The notes beneath the pieces were generated by a model, which saw only the letters and a list, made by a program, of their open reading frames with translations, ran no database searches and was not told where the DNA came from. DNA of 64,000 bases from Thalassobaculaceae bacterium (GTDB taxonomy: Bacteria > Pseudomonadota > Alphaproteobacteria > Thalassobaculales > Thalassobaculaceae): positions 4,384,616-4,448,615 of the forward strand of contig OZ245843.1 in the NCBI GenBank assembly GCA_965228875.1, in the 5' to 3' direction. Below are positions 51,615 to 60,475 of the stretch, one piece after another. The position numbers were made by a program, and so were the translations under genes. Numbering within the stretch: position 1 is the stretch's first letter; the number at the start of each line of letters is the position of its first letter.

Positions 51615-53546
51615 GTGCGGTCCAGAGCCAGGCCTTATGACGTTCCGGACCTCAAGGTTCATCTGACCTATCAGTCCGAGGTCGATGGTCGAGAGGTCGA
51701 ACTGCCGTTCGTCGTCGGCGTGGTCGGCGCGTTCCGCGGGGAACGGGACGATGCCCGTGAACCGGTGTATGAGCGCGAGTTCGAGGACGTCTCCGAGCGC
51801 GGTGTGGATGTTCTGCTGGCGCGGTGGAAGCCGCAGGTCAGTGTCGCGGTGCCCGACCGGGCGGGCGGTGGCGCGCAGGCGGTAGCGCTGCGCTTCGCCG
51901 GCTTGAAGGACTTTCAACCCGAGGCTTTGATCCGCCAGGTGCCGGCGCTCGCCGATGACCATCGGACCCGCGACATTCTCGTCGATCTGAGGGATCGCCT
52001 GATGACCGCGGCCGGGCCGCGCCGTATGGCCTATGGCGCCGGAACGCTGGCGGACGATACCGTCTCGGAGGACGACGCCGCGCTTGTGGAGATCCTGGCG
52101 ACGGCGGTGGATGCAGCCCGCGCCGCGTCGCCGCGCACCCCGGAATACCGGGAGACCATCGACCGGGCGGTGGACGGAATCCTGGCCGGGATCGGCGACC
52201 TGTCGGTACGAACGGTCATGGAGGCGATCGACCTCGACGTCGCGGAGATCGACGCGGCGTTGTCGCGGCGGTGCGATGCGATCCTGCACGATCCCGGGTT
52301 CCAGCGGTTGGAGGCGCTCTGGAGAGGTGTGGACCTGCTGGTCCGCCGCGGCGATTCCGACCCGCTCGTCATCGTGAAGGTGCTCGACCTCACCCGCGAG
52401 GAACTGGAACAGGATCTGTCGACCCACATCGCGCCGGACGACTTCCAGCGCGCCGCCGTTCTCGATTCCACGCTCTTCCGGATCATCTATTCAGAGGAGT
52501 TCGGCCAGTTCGGCGGCCACCCGTTCGGCCTGATCCTGCTGGACGAGTACATCACGCCCGCCGCGACGGATGTCCGCTTGGCCGAGCGTCTGGCCACGAT
52601 CGGCGAGGCGGCCCATTGCCCGGTCATCGCCGCTGCCGCGCCGGAGATGTTCGGAATCCCGGCGTACTCCGACCGCGATTGGGGGCACGGCGATCTGCGG
52701 TCGCTCTTCGGCGAGGCCCGCTACGCCGAATGGCGGGCCCTGCGTCAGAACCCCGTGTCGCGATATCTGGGTCTGGTCCTCCCGCGGTTTCTGCTGCGCG
52801 ACCCCTATCGGTCGGCCGGACGCCAGACCATGCCCTTCGACTTCGAGGAAAAGGTGGCCGACGGGGACGGTCTGCTCTGGGGCAATGGCGCCTTCGCCTT
52901 CGCCCTGACGGTGGTTTCGGCTTTTGCGCGCTACCGGTGGTGCACGGCGATCACCGGTCTGGAGGGTGGCGGGGCGGTGAGCGGGCTCGTCGCGCCGGAC
53001 TACGGCACCGACGAGGGCGCCCACGTCTTCCGTCGCGCCACCGAGAGGGTGATCTCGACCCGTCACGAGCGCGATCTCGCGGTGGCCGGGTTCATACCGC
53101 TGGTGCAGCGGCCGGGTCAGGCCGAGCCGGTGTTCTGTTCGGCCTTCTCGGTCAACCTGCCGTCGGGGCGCCTGGGCATGGATCCGATGTCGGAGCGGCT
53201 TTCGGCGCGCCTGCCCTACATGTTCGCCGCATCGCGTATCGCTCACTACGTCAAGGCCAACATGCGGGAGCGGATCGGCGGTCAGGCGAGCATGAGCCGG
53301 CTTCAGTCCAACGTCAGCCGCTGGATCTCCCAGTATGTGGCCTATCAGGACGACGTGGACGACGAGGTCAAGGCGGAGCGTCCGCTACGCGATGCCCGCG
53401 TCACCGTCCTTCCCTCGGAAGACGAGCCGGGACGGTTTACTTTCCGTATGGAGGTCCAGCCGCATTTTCAACTCGAGGAAATGGGGATAAATTTGGTCGT
53501 CGGCCGGCTGGCGGAGAGCGTCGAGGACAACCAGGGCGGGCATTAG
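51615..53546 (+). CDS. tssB-tssC: Fused T6SS contractile sheath protein TssB-TssC (VipA-VipB)
   Basis: aa ~12-130 TssB motifs (VHLTY, ELPFVVGVVGAF, F.GLKDFQPE.LIRQVPAL); then TssC motifs (EIDAALS...ILHDPGFQRLEALWRG, YSEEFGQFGG.PFG, LPRFLLRDPY, LWGN, RLPYMF..SRIAHYVK, RPLRDA, PHFQLE) with no stop between. Confidence 0.9.
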   Translation: MRSRARPYDVPDLKVHLTYQSEVDGREVELPFVVGVVGAFRGERDDAREPVYEREFEDVSERGVDVLLARWKPQVSVAVPDRAGGGAQAVALRFAGLKDFQPEALIRQVPALADDHRTRDILVDLRDRLMTAAGPRRMAYGAGTLADDTVSEDDAALVEILATAVDAARAASPRTPEYRETIDRAVDGILAGIGDLSVRTVMEAIDLDVAEIDAALSRRCDAILHDPGFQRLEALWRGVDLLVRRGDSDPLVIVKVLDLTREELEQDLSTHIAPDDFQRAAVLDSTLFRIIYSEEFGQFGGHPFGLILLDEYITPAATDVRLAERLATIGEAAHCPVIAAAAPEMFGIPAYSDRDWGHGDLRSLFGEARYAEWRALRQNPVSRYLGLVLPRFLLRDPYRSAGRQTMPFDFEEKVADGDGLLWGNGAFAFALTVVSAFARYRWCTAITGLEGGGAVSGLVAPDYGTDEGAHVFRRATERVISTRHERDLAVAGFIPLVQRPGQAEPVFCSAFSVNLPSGRLGMDPMSERLSARLPYMFAASRIAHYVKANMRERIGGQASMSRLQSNVSRWISQYVAYQDDVDDEVKAERPLRDARVTVLPSEDEPGRFTFRMEVQPHFQLEEMGINLVVGRLAESVEDNQGGH

Positions 53547-53674
53547 GGACGGGCGATACCGGACAGGCCGGGATCGGTCGGGCCCGGCCCGCCCGGATCC
53601 GATACCGAAGACGGGGCGGCGCAGCGCACGTGTCGCGTCGAACCGACCATCTTGCTGGGACGAGACCATAGGCC

Positions 53675-54181
53675 ATGGCGTATTCCGCTTTCGTGCAGTT
53701 CGAGGGGATCGAGGCGACCACGTACGACCCACGGTATCCGGGTGCGGCCCGGCTCATCGCCTTCGACCAGATCATGCAGCAGCCGACCGCGGGCTCGGCG
53801 GTCGCCGGCGGGGAGGCGACGGCCGGGCGGGTCGATCATGGCGACTTCAACCTCGTGAAGGCGATCGACGCGGCCAGCCCGATCCTGTCGCTGTACTGCA
53901 GTTCGGGTGCGATCGTCTCGAAGGTGACGATCTCGGTCGCCGAGGAGTCGGAGGATCTGCTGCCGTTCTACGAATTCGTTCTCGACCGTGTGCTGGTACG
54001 CTCGATCCAGCCGGCGCTGAAACTTGAGTTCGGGCACGCCAACGAAGCGATTGCCCCGTACGAGACGATCAGCCTACGGTACCAGAAAGTCACATGGCGC
54101 TATACGTTCCTCGACAATGACGAGAGTGGCCGGGGAAGCATCCAGCACTACTGGGACCTCTACAAGAACCGAGGATCCTAG
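53675..54181 (+). CDS. hcp: T6SS tube protein Hcp (TssD)
   Basis: GRVDHGDFNLVKAIDAASPIL, ETISLRYQKVTWRY, WDLYKN. Confidence 0.92.
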   Translation: MAYSAFVQFEGIEATTYDPRYPGAARLIAFDQIMQQPTAGSAVAGGEATAGRVDHGDFNLVKAIDAASPILSLYCSSGAIVSKVTISVAEESEDLLPFYEFVLDRVLVRSIQPALKLEFGHANEAIAPYETISLRYQKVTWRYTFLDNDESGRGSIQHYWDLYKNRGS

Positions 54182-54304
54182 AGCACGAGCGGTTCGATCT
54201 TGTCCGTGAACCGTCCTCTAACGCATTGAAGACAGGGTAGAGTCACACGATCGGACGTCTTCATGTGATCGTGGTCTGCGCTGGCGGGTTTCGAGGGATA
54301 TGCG

Positions 54305-54793
54305 ATGGACTACTATCTTAATCTGCCGTCCCTGGTCGACTCGCTGATCGACGACGCGCCGGATCAGCCGTGGGACGGTTTCGAGCCTCCGTCCCTCGCC
54401 CGTCTGGAGCAGTGCCTGCGGCGTGACCTCGAGGAACTGCTGAACAGCCAGGCCCTCTTTCCGCGGTTCCAGGGGCGCCATGCGGATCTTGCCAGGACGA
54501 CCGTCGCCTTCGGGCTGAGCGACCTCTATCGGGTCAACCCGTCGAGCCGGCAGCACCGTGAACGGCTGCGCCGCGAGATCGAGGAGAAGATCGCGACCTT
54601 CGAGCCACGGCTCCATGACGTTCGCGCCCTTGAGGTGCAGATGGCGCCGGGCAACGAACTGCGGCTCGAGTTCCGCGTCGAGGGGACGTTGCGGTTCATG
54701 CGGGAGGAGGTGCCGATCTCCCTCTCGGCTCGACTGAACGCGGCGGATAACCGGGTGGTTATTCATCGTTTCGCCGCAGGGGATGGACGGTGA
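54305..54793 (+). CDS. tssE: T6SS baseplate TssE (gp25-like)
   Basis: PSLVDSLID, RRDLEELLN, FGLSDL, FEPRL. Confidence 0.92.
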   Translation: MDYYLNLPSLVDSLIDDAPDQPWDGFEPPSLARLEQCLRRDLEELLNSQALFPRFQGRHADLARTTVAFGLSDLYRVNPSSRQHRERLRREIEEKIATFEPRLHDVRALEVQMAPGNELRLEFRVEGTLRFMREEVPISLSARLNAADNRVVIHRFAAGDGR

Positions 54794-56673
54794 GCGGAAA
54801 ACTCTTCGACTATTATCAGACGGAACTGGACAAGCTGCGCGACTACGGCGAGCGGTTCGCCGAGGAGTATCCCAAGGTTGCCGGCCGGCTGCAGCTTTCT
54901 CGGACGGCCGCCGCCGATCCGCATGTCGAGCGCCTGATCGAGTCCGTGGCGCTGATATCGGCCCGCCTGCAGCTCAAGATCGACGATGACTTCTCCCGGG
55001 TCTCCGAGGCGCTGCTGGAGCACATCCATCCGCACCTCGCGCGCCCGGTTCCGTCCTGCACGATCGTCCGCTTCGAACCCGATGCGGCGTCGATGTCCGG
55101 CGAGATGGAGGTTCCCAAAGGGGCGATGCTGTCGTCGGTCGCCCTGCGGTCCTCCGTGGAGATGGCCGGGCTCTCCTGTCAGTTCCTCACCGTGTATCCG
55201 ACTCAACTGCTGCCGGTCGCGATCGACGCGGTGTCGTTCGCACCGGTGCGCGGCGCCTCGCTGGTATCGGGAGACGAGGTGGTCGACGGCGTCCTGTCGA
55301 TCTCGTTGAGCCGGCCCGGCGCGGCGGCGCTCGGCGACCTGGACGTTTCGCGTCTGCGGCTGTTCGTCGACGGCGAGGCCGACACGGCCAACATGCTCTA
55401 CGAGATGCTGATGTCGGCATCCGTCGGCGTCTTCGTCAGGACCGAGGGCCCGGATGGGCCGCAGACGCGGCGGCTCAGGGATGCGGGTTTCGAGCCGGTC
55501 GGCTTCGCCGCCGAGGATGCGCTGCTGCAGTACGACGCGCGCTCCCATGCGGGCTACCGGATGCTCCAGGAGTTCCTCGTGTTTCCGGAGAAATTCCGGT
55601 TCGTGGACCTGGTCGTGCCGGGCGGGCTGTTTCTCGACGAGCGAGCGACGGCCGAGATCCTTATCACCACCGCTCCGTTCCCGAGACAGGAGTGGGCGTC
55701 CCGGCTCTATGGCCGGATCGGTACGCGCAATCTGCAACTCGGTTGCACGCCGGCGGTCAACCTCTTTCCGGTGTCCGCCCAGCCGATCCGGATCGAACCC
55801 GGCAGGGAGAGGTACCCGGTGCTTCCGGACACGCGGCGGGCGCGCGGCATGGAGATCCAGGCGATCCGGGAGGTCATGGTCGTGCGCCGCGGCGGTACCG
55901 TGCGCCGGCAGCGGCTCGTGCCGCTGTTCGGGGTTCCCGATCCGCATGCGGTCGCGGACCATGGTGGGGCGCCGGCGGACGCGCTGCCGCGCTGGACCTA
56001 CGAGCGGGAGCCGGCGGTCGCGGGCGAGGGAGACCAGCACTTTCTGTGGCTGATCGATCCGGACCTGGCGGTGCTGTCCCATGGCGATGCCGTTGCGTCC
56101 GTCGAGGCGTACTGTTCGAACGGTGACCTGCCGGCGATGCTGCCGTTCGGGAATCCGGCCGGCGATTTCAGCTACGGAGAGAACGTTCCGGTCCTGGCGA
56201 TCACTTGCGTGACCAGGCCGACCCAGACGGTTCGACGGGCGCGCAACGACGGTGAGTTCTGGCGCCTGGTGTCGAACCTGACGCTGAACTACACATCGCT
56301 GGTCGATGCCGGTGGGCTGGGCCTGCGGCAGATCCTCCAGGCCCACAACCTGTTCGATCCCGGCGTGATGCCGGGAGAAAACGCCGAGGCGTCGCGGATG
56401 ATCGACGGCATTACCGGCGTATCGGTGGAGCGGGCGGTCGAGCGCATGGGCTCCGCGGCGCGCCGCGCCTTCGTTCAGGGCGCGCGGATCCGGCTGACGC
56501 TGGACGAGGCGGCGTTCCCCGGGAGCGCGTACCTGTTCGCCGCGGTGATGGAGCGGTTCCTGTCGGTGCTCGCCGGCGGCAACAGCTTCACCCAATTGGT
56601 GGCGAAATCCACCCAACGCGAGAAGGAGATCGGCGCATGGCCATGCCGCGCGGGCGACTTCCCGATCGTATAG
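54790..56673 (+). CDS. tssF: T6SS baseplate TssF
   Basis: YYQTEL...FAEEYPKVAGRL, DPHVERLIE, GYRMLQEF..FPEKF, LGCTPAVNLF, WRLVSNLTLNY, NSFTQL. Confidence 0.96.
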   Translation: MSGKLFDYYQTELDKLRDYGERFAEEYPKVAGRLQLSRTAAADPHVERLIESVALISARLQLKIDDDFSRVSEALLEHIHPHLARPVPSCTIVRFEPDAASMSGEMEVPKGAMLSSVALRSSVEMAGLSCQFLTVYPTQLLPVAIDAVSFAPVRGASLVSGDEVVDGVLSISLSRPGAAALGDLDVSRLRLFVDGEADTANMLYEMLMSASVGVFVRTEGPDGPQTRRLRDAGFEPVGFAAEDALLQYDARSHAGYRMLQEFLVFPEKFRFVDLVVPGGLFLDERATAEILITTAPFPRQEWASRLYGRIGTRNLQLGCTPAVNLFPVSAQPIRIEPGRERYPVLPDTRRARGMEIQAIREVMVVRRGGTVRRQRLVPLFGVPDPHAVADHGGAPADALPRWTYEREPAVAGEGDQHFLWLIDPDLAVLSHGDAVASVEAYCSNGDLPAMLPFGNPAGDFSYGENVPVLAITCVTRPTQTVRRARNDGEFWRLVSNLTLNYTSLVDAGGLGLRQILQAHNLFDPGVMPGENAEASRMIDGITGVSVERAVERMGSAARRAFVQGARIRLTLDEAAFPGSAYLFAAVMERFLSVLAGGNSFTQLVAKSTQREKEIGAWPCRAGDFPIV

Positions 56674-57785
56674 CCGAGCGCCTGCGGGAGGCGCCGGAGA
56701 CGTTCGGCATCCTGCAACTGGCGCGGCTGGTGTCTCTCGTGCGGGCCGGCGGCCCTGAACGGAGGTTTCCGGGTGGGGTTCGATACCGCTCGAACCCGGC
56801 GCTCGATTACCCCGTCGCGGCGGTGGAGGCGGTCGAAGAGGAGCCCGACGGTGGCTGGACCGCCGACGTCAACCTGATCGGCACGCTCGGGCCGAACGGA
56901 ACGCTCCCGTGGCACTACAACGAGCAGATCGTTCGCCACGAGCAGACCGTTGTGGACGGCCGGCGTCCCTCGATCCGCGCCTTCTACGACATATTCGACC
57001 ACCATTTCGCCGAACTGCTCTGCGCGGTGCTCGCGCGCCGCCACCTCGCTCTGGCGGTCGAGCGCGGCGAGGAGCGCGGTCTGGAGCGGGTGCTGAACAG
57101 CGTTGCCGGGATCGGTCTGCCGGCGGTGCGCGATGTGTTTCGCGATACGCAGACCTTCCGGGTTCGACAGCTTCAGCGCTTCGCCGGCCTGCTCGGCCGT
57201 ACGCCAAGCTCGCCCCAGGCGGTGTCGCAGATGCTCACGGCGATTCTCGGCGTGCGGGTGGAGGTCCGGCCGTTCGAAGGGCACTGGACCTATCTTCCGC
57301 CGGCGTCGCGGGCGCGGCTCGGGCGCAGGAGCGGTAGCCGGACACGCGGTGGGTCGGGCGCGCGCGCGCCCCGACTGGGCGACTGGCCGACACTCGGCGG
57401 GCGGGTCTGGGGCCTTCAGGGGGCCATGGGCGTCCGGGTCGGACCGCTGAGCGGCGCGGAGTTCGCCCGGTTCCTTCCGAACGGCCGGGGCCGGTCCCTG
57501 ATCTCCGCCGCGCTGGTCCAGGAACTCATTCTGTTCCTTCGCCTGACGCTGGGGGCGAACTACGACTACAAGATCAATCTGACGGTCGCGCGCGAGGCGA
57601 TCCGGGGCACTCGGCTGAGGCAAAGGCCCGCGCGGGGAGCGCAGGCCGACGGTGTGCCCGGCGAACTTCCGCCCCTTCTCGGTCTCACGACCTGGGTCAG
57701 CGGCAGGCAATCGCGGGATCGGGACGACCCGGTGCTGTGGGTCGGTGGATGGCAGAAACTGGAGGTAGGGGCGTCTCATGGATAG
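56637..57785 (+). CDS. tssG: T6SS baseplate TssG
   Basis: GTLGPNGTLPWHY, FYDIFDH, VGPLS..EF..FLP, LGLTTW; overlaps the tssF end. Confidence 0.9.
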   Translation: MAMPRGRLPDRIAERLREAPETFGILQLARLVSLVRAGGPERRFPGGVRYRSNPALDYPVAAVEAVEEEPDGGWTADVNLIGTLGPNGTLPWHYNEQIVRHEQTVVDGRRPSIRAFYDIFDHHFAELLCAVLARRHLALAVERGEERGLERVLNSVAGIGLPAVRDVFRDTQTFRVRQLQRFAGLLGRTPSSPQAVSQMLTAILGVRVEVRPFEGHWTYLPPASRARLGRRSGSRTRGGSGARAPRLGDWPTLGGRVWGLQGAMGVRVGPLSGAEFARFLPNGRGRSLISAALVQELILFLRLTLGANYDYKINLTVAREAIRGTRLRQRPARGAQADGVPGELPPLLGLTTWVSGRQSRDRDDPVLWVGGWQKLEVGASHG

Positions 57786-59250
57786 TCTTCGGCGCGTGTT
57801 TTGGAGTGACGGCCTGTTCCTGACGCCGCAGGTGTTTCAACAGCAGGACGCCTTCCACATCGGCATGTGGCGGGTGCTATGGCGTGCGCTCGGCCCGAAC
57901 TTCTGGGGGATCCGCCACATCGAACTCCACGAAGAGGGGCTTCGGGCCGGCGATTTTAGTGTCGCCAAGCTCGACCTCGTCACCCGTCAGGGCGACGTGG
58001 TGCGCTACGGCATCGCAGGTCGCGAGGACAACTGTGTCGTCCGGGCCCGTCACTTCGGCAGCGCCCTGACGCCGGGGCAGACGGAGGTGAACGTCTACCT
58101 GGCGATCGCCGTGCGCGACGGTCACCGCAGCAACATCATGGACCGCTCGCAGGAGGCCGAGGCGGACGGTGCCGTGGCACGGTTCGTTGCCGGCGAACGC
58201 GAGGCCAGCGACGATTTCCACCCGTCTTCGTCCGAGCCGTCGATGCTCGATCTCGCCGATTTCGTCGTGCAGTTCCTGATCGATACGGATCCCGGTTTCT
58301 CCACCGCGAGCAGCCGCTACGACTGCTTCCACCTGGCGCGACTGCGGCCGGTCGGCGGCGGAGCGGAACCGGTTCAGAGCTTCGTCCCGCCGGTGATGAT
58401 GCTCGGCGCCTCACCGGCGCTGAGCCGCCTGGTTCGCAACATGTGCGCGGAGGTGACGCGACGGACCCTGGAATACGAGGAGATCAAGAACGAGCGCAGC
58501 GACGTGAAGGGGCAGGAGTCCTCGGCCCGCGACGCTCTGGTGAAGTCCATGCTGCTGGTCCTCAATCGGGCCAACGCGGAGTTCCGGATCCTGCAGTCCA
58601 GCCTGGACCGCGACCACAACAGCATGAGCGCGCATCCGGAGGACGTGTACAACCGCGTGCGGGTTCTGATCTCGGAGCTGTCGACCTTTTCGACGGCCGT
58701 GGGCTCCGATGGAACGATCACCGTCGGCGACAAGCCGGTTCCGCTGCCGGACTACGATCACGAGGACCCCTATCCCGTCTTCGAGAAGCTCTCCAGGGCG
58801 CTGGAGCGTGCTCTCAACGCACTGGTCATCAACCTCGAAGGCCAGGTGGAGCTGAAGTTCGACGGCCAGCACTACGCCGCCGACCTTCCGGAGACGTTCT
58901 TCGGCGGACCGAAGGCGATCTACTATCTCGCCGTGGATGCCGAGAACCGCTCCCGCGACCGGGTCTTCAGTGACGTGCGGGACCGGATCTACAAATTGTC
59001 CAGCGGACAGATGGCGGAGCGGATCATCGAAGTGAACGCTCCGGGCATCGACATGGAGCCGCTGCAGGACATGCCGGTGGAGTTGTCGTTGCTGACCCGA
59101 CGCTATGCGTGTTTCCGGATCGACAAGGGACATCCGGACTGGCGCAACGTGGAGAACGACAAATCGATCAAGTTCCTGGCCAAGGAAATCGACCCGTCCG
59201 AGGCCAAGATTCTGATCATCCAGTCCGAGCCGGACCGGCGGCTCGATTAG
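57778..59250 (+). CDS. tssK: T6SS baseplate connector TssK
   Basis: VFWSDGLFLTPQVFQQQD, FWG, FVPP, HPEDVY, LPDYDHED..PVF. Confidence 0.9.
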   Translation: MDSLRRVFWSDGLFLTPQVFQQQDAFHIGMWRVLWRALGPNFWGIRHIELHEEGLRAGDFSVAKLDLVTRQGDVVRYGIAGREDNCVVRARHFGSALTPGQTEVNVYLAIAVRDGHRSNIMDRSQEAEADGAVARFVAGEREASDDFHPSSSEPSMLDLADFVVQFLIDTDPGFSTASSRYDCFHLARLRPVGGGAEPVQSFVPPVMMLGASPALSRLVRNMCAEVTRRTLEYEEIKNERSDVKGQESSARDALVKSMLLVLNRANAEFRILQSSLDRDHNSMSAHPEDVYNRVRVLISELSTFSTAVGSDGTITVGDKPVPLPDYDHEDPYPVFEKLSRALERALNALVINLEGQVELKFDGQHYAADLPETFFGGPKAIYYLAVDAENRSRDRVFSDVRDRIYKLSSGQMAERIIEVNAPGIDMEPLQDMPVELSLLTRRYACFRIDKGHPDWRNVENDKSIKFLAKEIDPSEAKILIIQSEPDRRLD

Positions 59251-59386
59251 GATCAAGGCGGTGTGCGCTAAGTAGCATTGACGATAGTTCGCTGGCGGAG
59301 TTCCCTAAGTGCGGGAAAATCTATCCGGCGGAGTTTGAGGCAGGGACTATTCGTGGCGCGTCGAACCGGGCGTGGGATGGGGGAGC

Positions 59387-60409
59387 ATGGCCGACAGTCA
59401 GACGGGCGCCGAGGCGCCGAAGGAAACGGACGGCGAGGCGGTACCCGCCGAGGGGCAGGAAGCCGCCGCGGCGTCACCACCTGCAGCGGCGTTCTCGGAG
59501 AATATCGCGGCGATCGACAGGACCACGGCGGCGGCGGTTGCGACGCTGCGTCGGGCGGAGCCGAAGCACAAGGGATCGGACCCTCTCTACAACATTCCCT
59601 GGTATCTGTTCCTCGGCCCCTCGTCGGAGTCCGTGGAACAGCTGCTGCGCGCGGTGCCGAACGGCGACATCCTTGCGCCGGGGCAGGCGGAGCCGGCGGG
59701 CGAGACGCTTCGCTGGTGGAACCTGCGACGGGCGATCGGTATCTCCTGGCCTTCAACGCTGCTCTGCTCCCATGACGACCGGGAACGCTGGCAGGTCGTG
59801 GAGCATGCGATGGAATCGCTGCTCAAGGCGCGCAAGCATCTGCCGGTGAACGGGATCGTGGTCGTGGTTCCGGTCGCCGACCTCGTCGACGGGTCGGGGC
59901 GGCTCGACAGACTGGCGCGGGTGATCCGCGATATCGTCAACGAGATGCGGACCACGCTTAAGTTCAGCTTTCCGACGACGGTGGTCGTCACCGGCCTGGA
60001 TCGGCTCACGGGACATGACGCGTTCTTCGGTGGCCTCGACCGGACCACGGAGCAGGCGCTCGGGATCCGGCTGGACGATGCCATGCGGCAGGCGGATGTC
60101 AGGGCGACGATGGCGACCACCTTCGCGCAGTGGCGCGACCGGCTGCACGAGATCCGCATGTCGCTGCTGCGGCAGCCGGCCGAGAAGGTCGACATGCGGG
60201 GGGTGTTCCGGTTCATCCCCGAGTTCGAGCGGCTGGAGGCGCCGCTGGCGGCACTGGTCGAGACCCTGTTCTCCGAGAGTCCGGGAGACAACCGGCGACC
60301 GCAGTGGCGGGCGCTGTATCTGACGGCGCCGGGCAGCAGGGAACCGCATCTCAAGGACCTGTTCGATCACTTTCTTCCTGTCGACGCCTCGCTCGCGACG
60401 CGGGCGTGA
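59387..60409 (+). CDS. Stand-alone TssM/IcmF N-terminal cytoplasmic domain (no TM or periplasmic part)
   Basis: LYNIPWYLFLG, LRWW, W...L.KAR...PVNGIVVVV, FPTTVVVTGLDRLTG..AFF, QALG, F..EF, WRALYLT, HLKDLF; stop where the TM would begin. Confidence 0.8.
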   Translation: MADSQTGAEAPKETDGEAVPAEGQEAAAASPPAAAFSENIAAIDRTTAAAVATLRRAEPKHKGSDPLYNIPWYLFLGPSSESVEQLLRAVPNGDILAPGQAEPAGETLRWWNLRRAIGISWPSTLLCSHDDRERWQVVEHAMESLLKARKHLPVNGIVVVVPVADLVDGSGRLDRLARVIRDIVNEMRTTLKFSFPTTVVVTGLDRLTGHDAFFGGLDRTTEQALGIRLDDAMRQADVRATMATTFAQWRDRLHEIRMSLLRQPAEKVDMRGVFRFIPEFERLEAPLAALVETLFSESPGDNRRPQWRALYLTAPGSREPHLKDLFDHFLPVDASLATRA

Positions 60410-60475
60410 GCGAGGTGTGGTGATGATCGGCGCGGCGGAGCGACGACGTTTCAAACCCTGGTCGGGGGCGACCGA

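Noticed and set aside
59387..60475. tssM as a frameshifted pseudogene
   Set aside because: No continuation of TssM-like sequence after the stop; tssL begins 66 bp later and the ORF ends at a domain boundary. Decay by clean deletion is not fully excluded.
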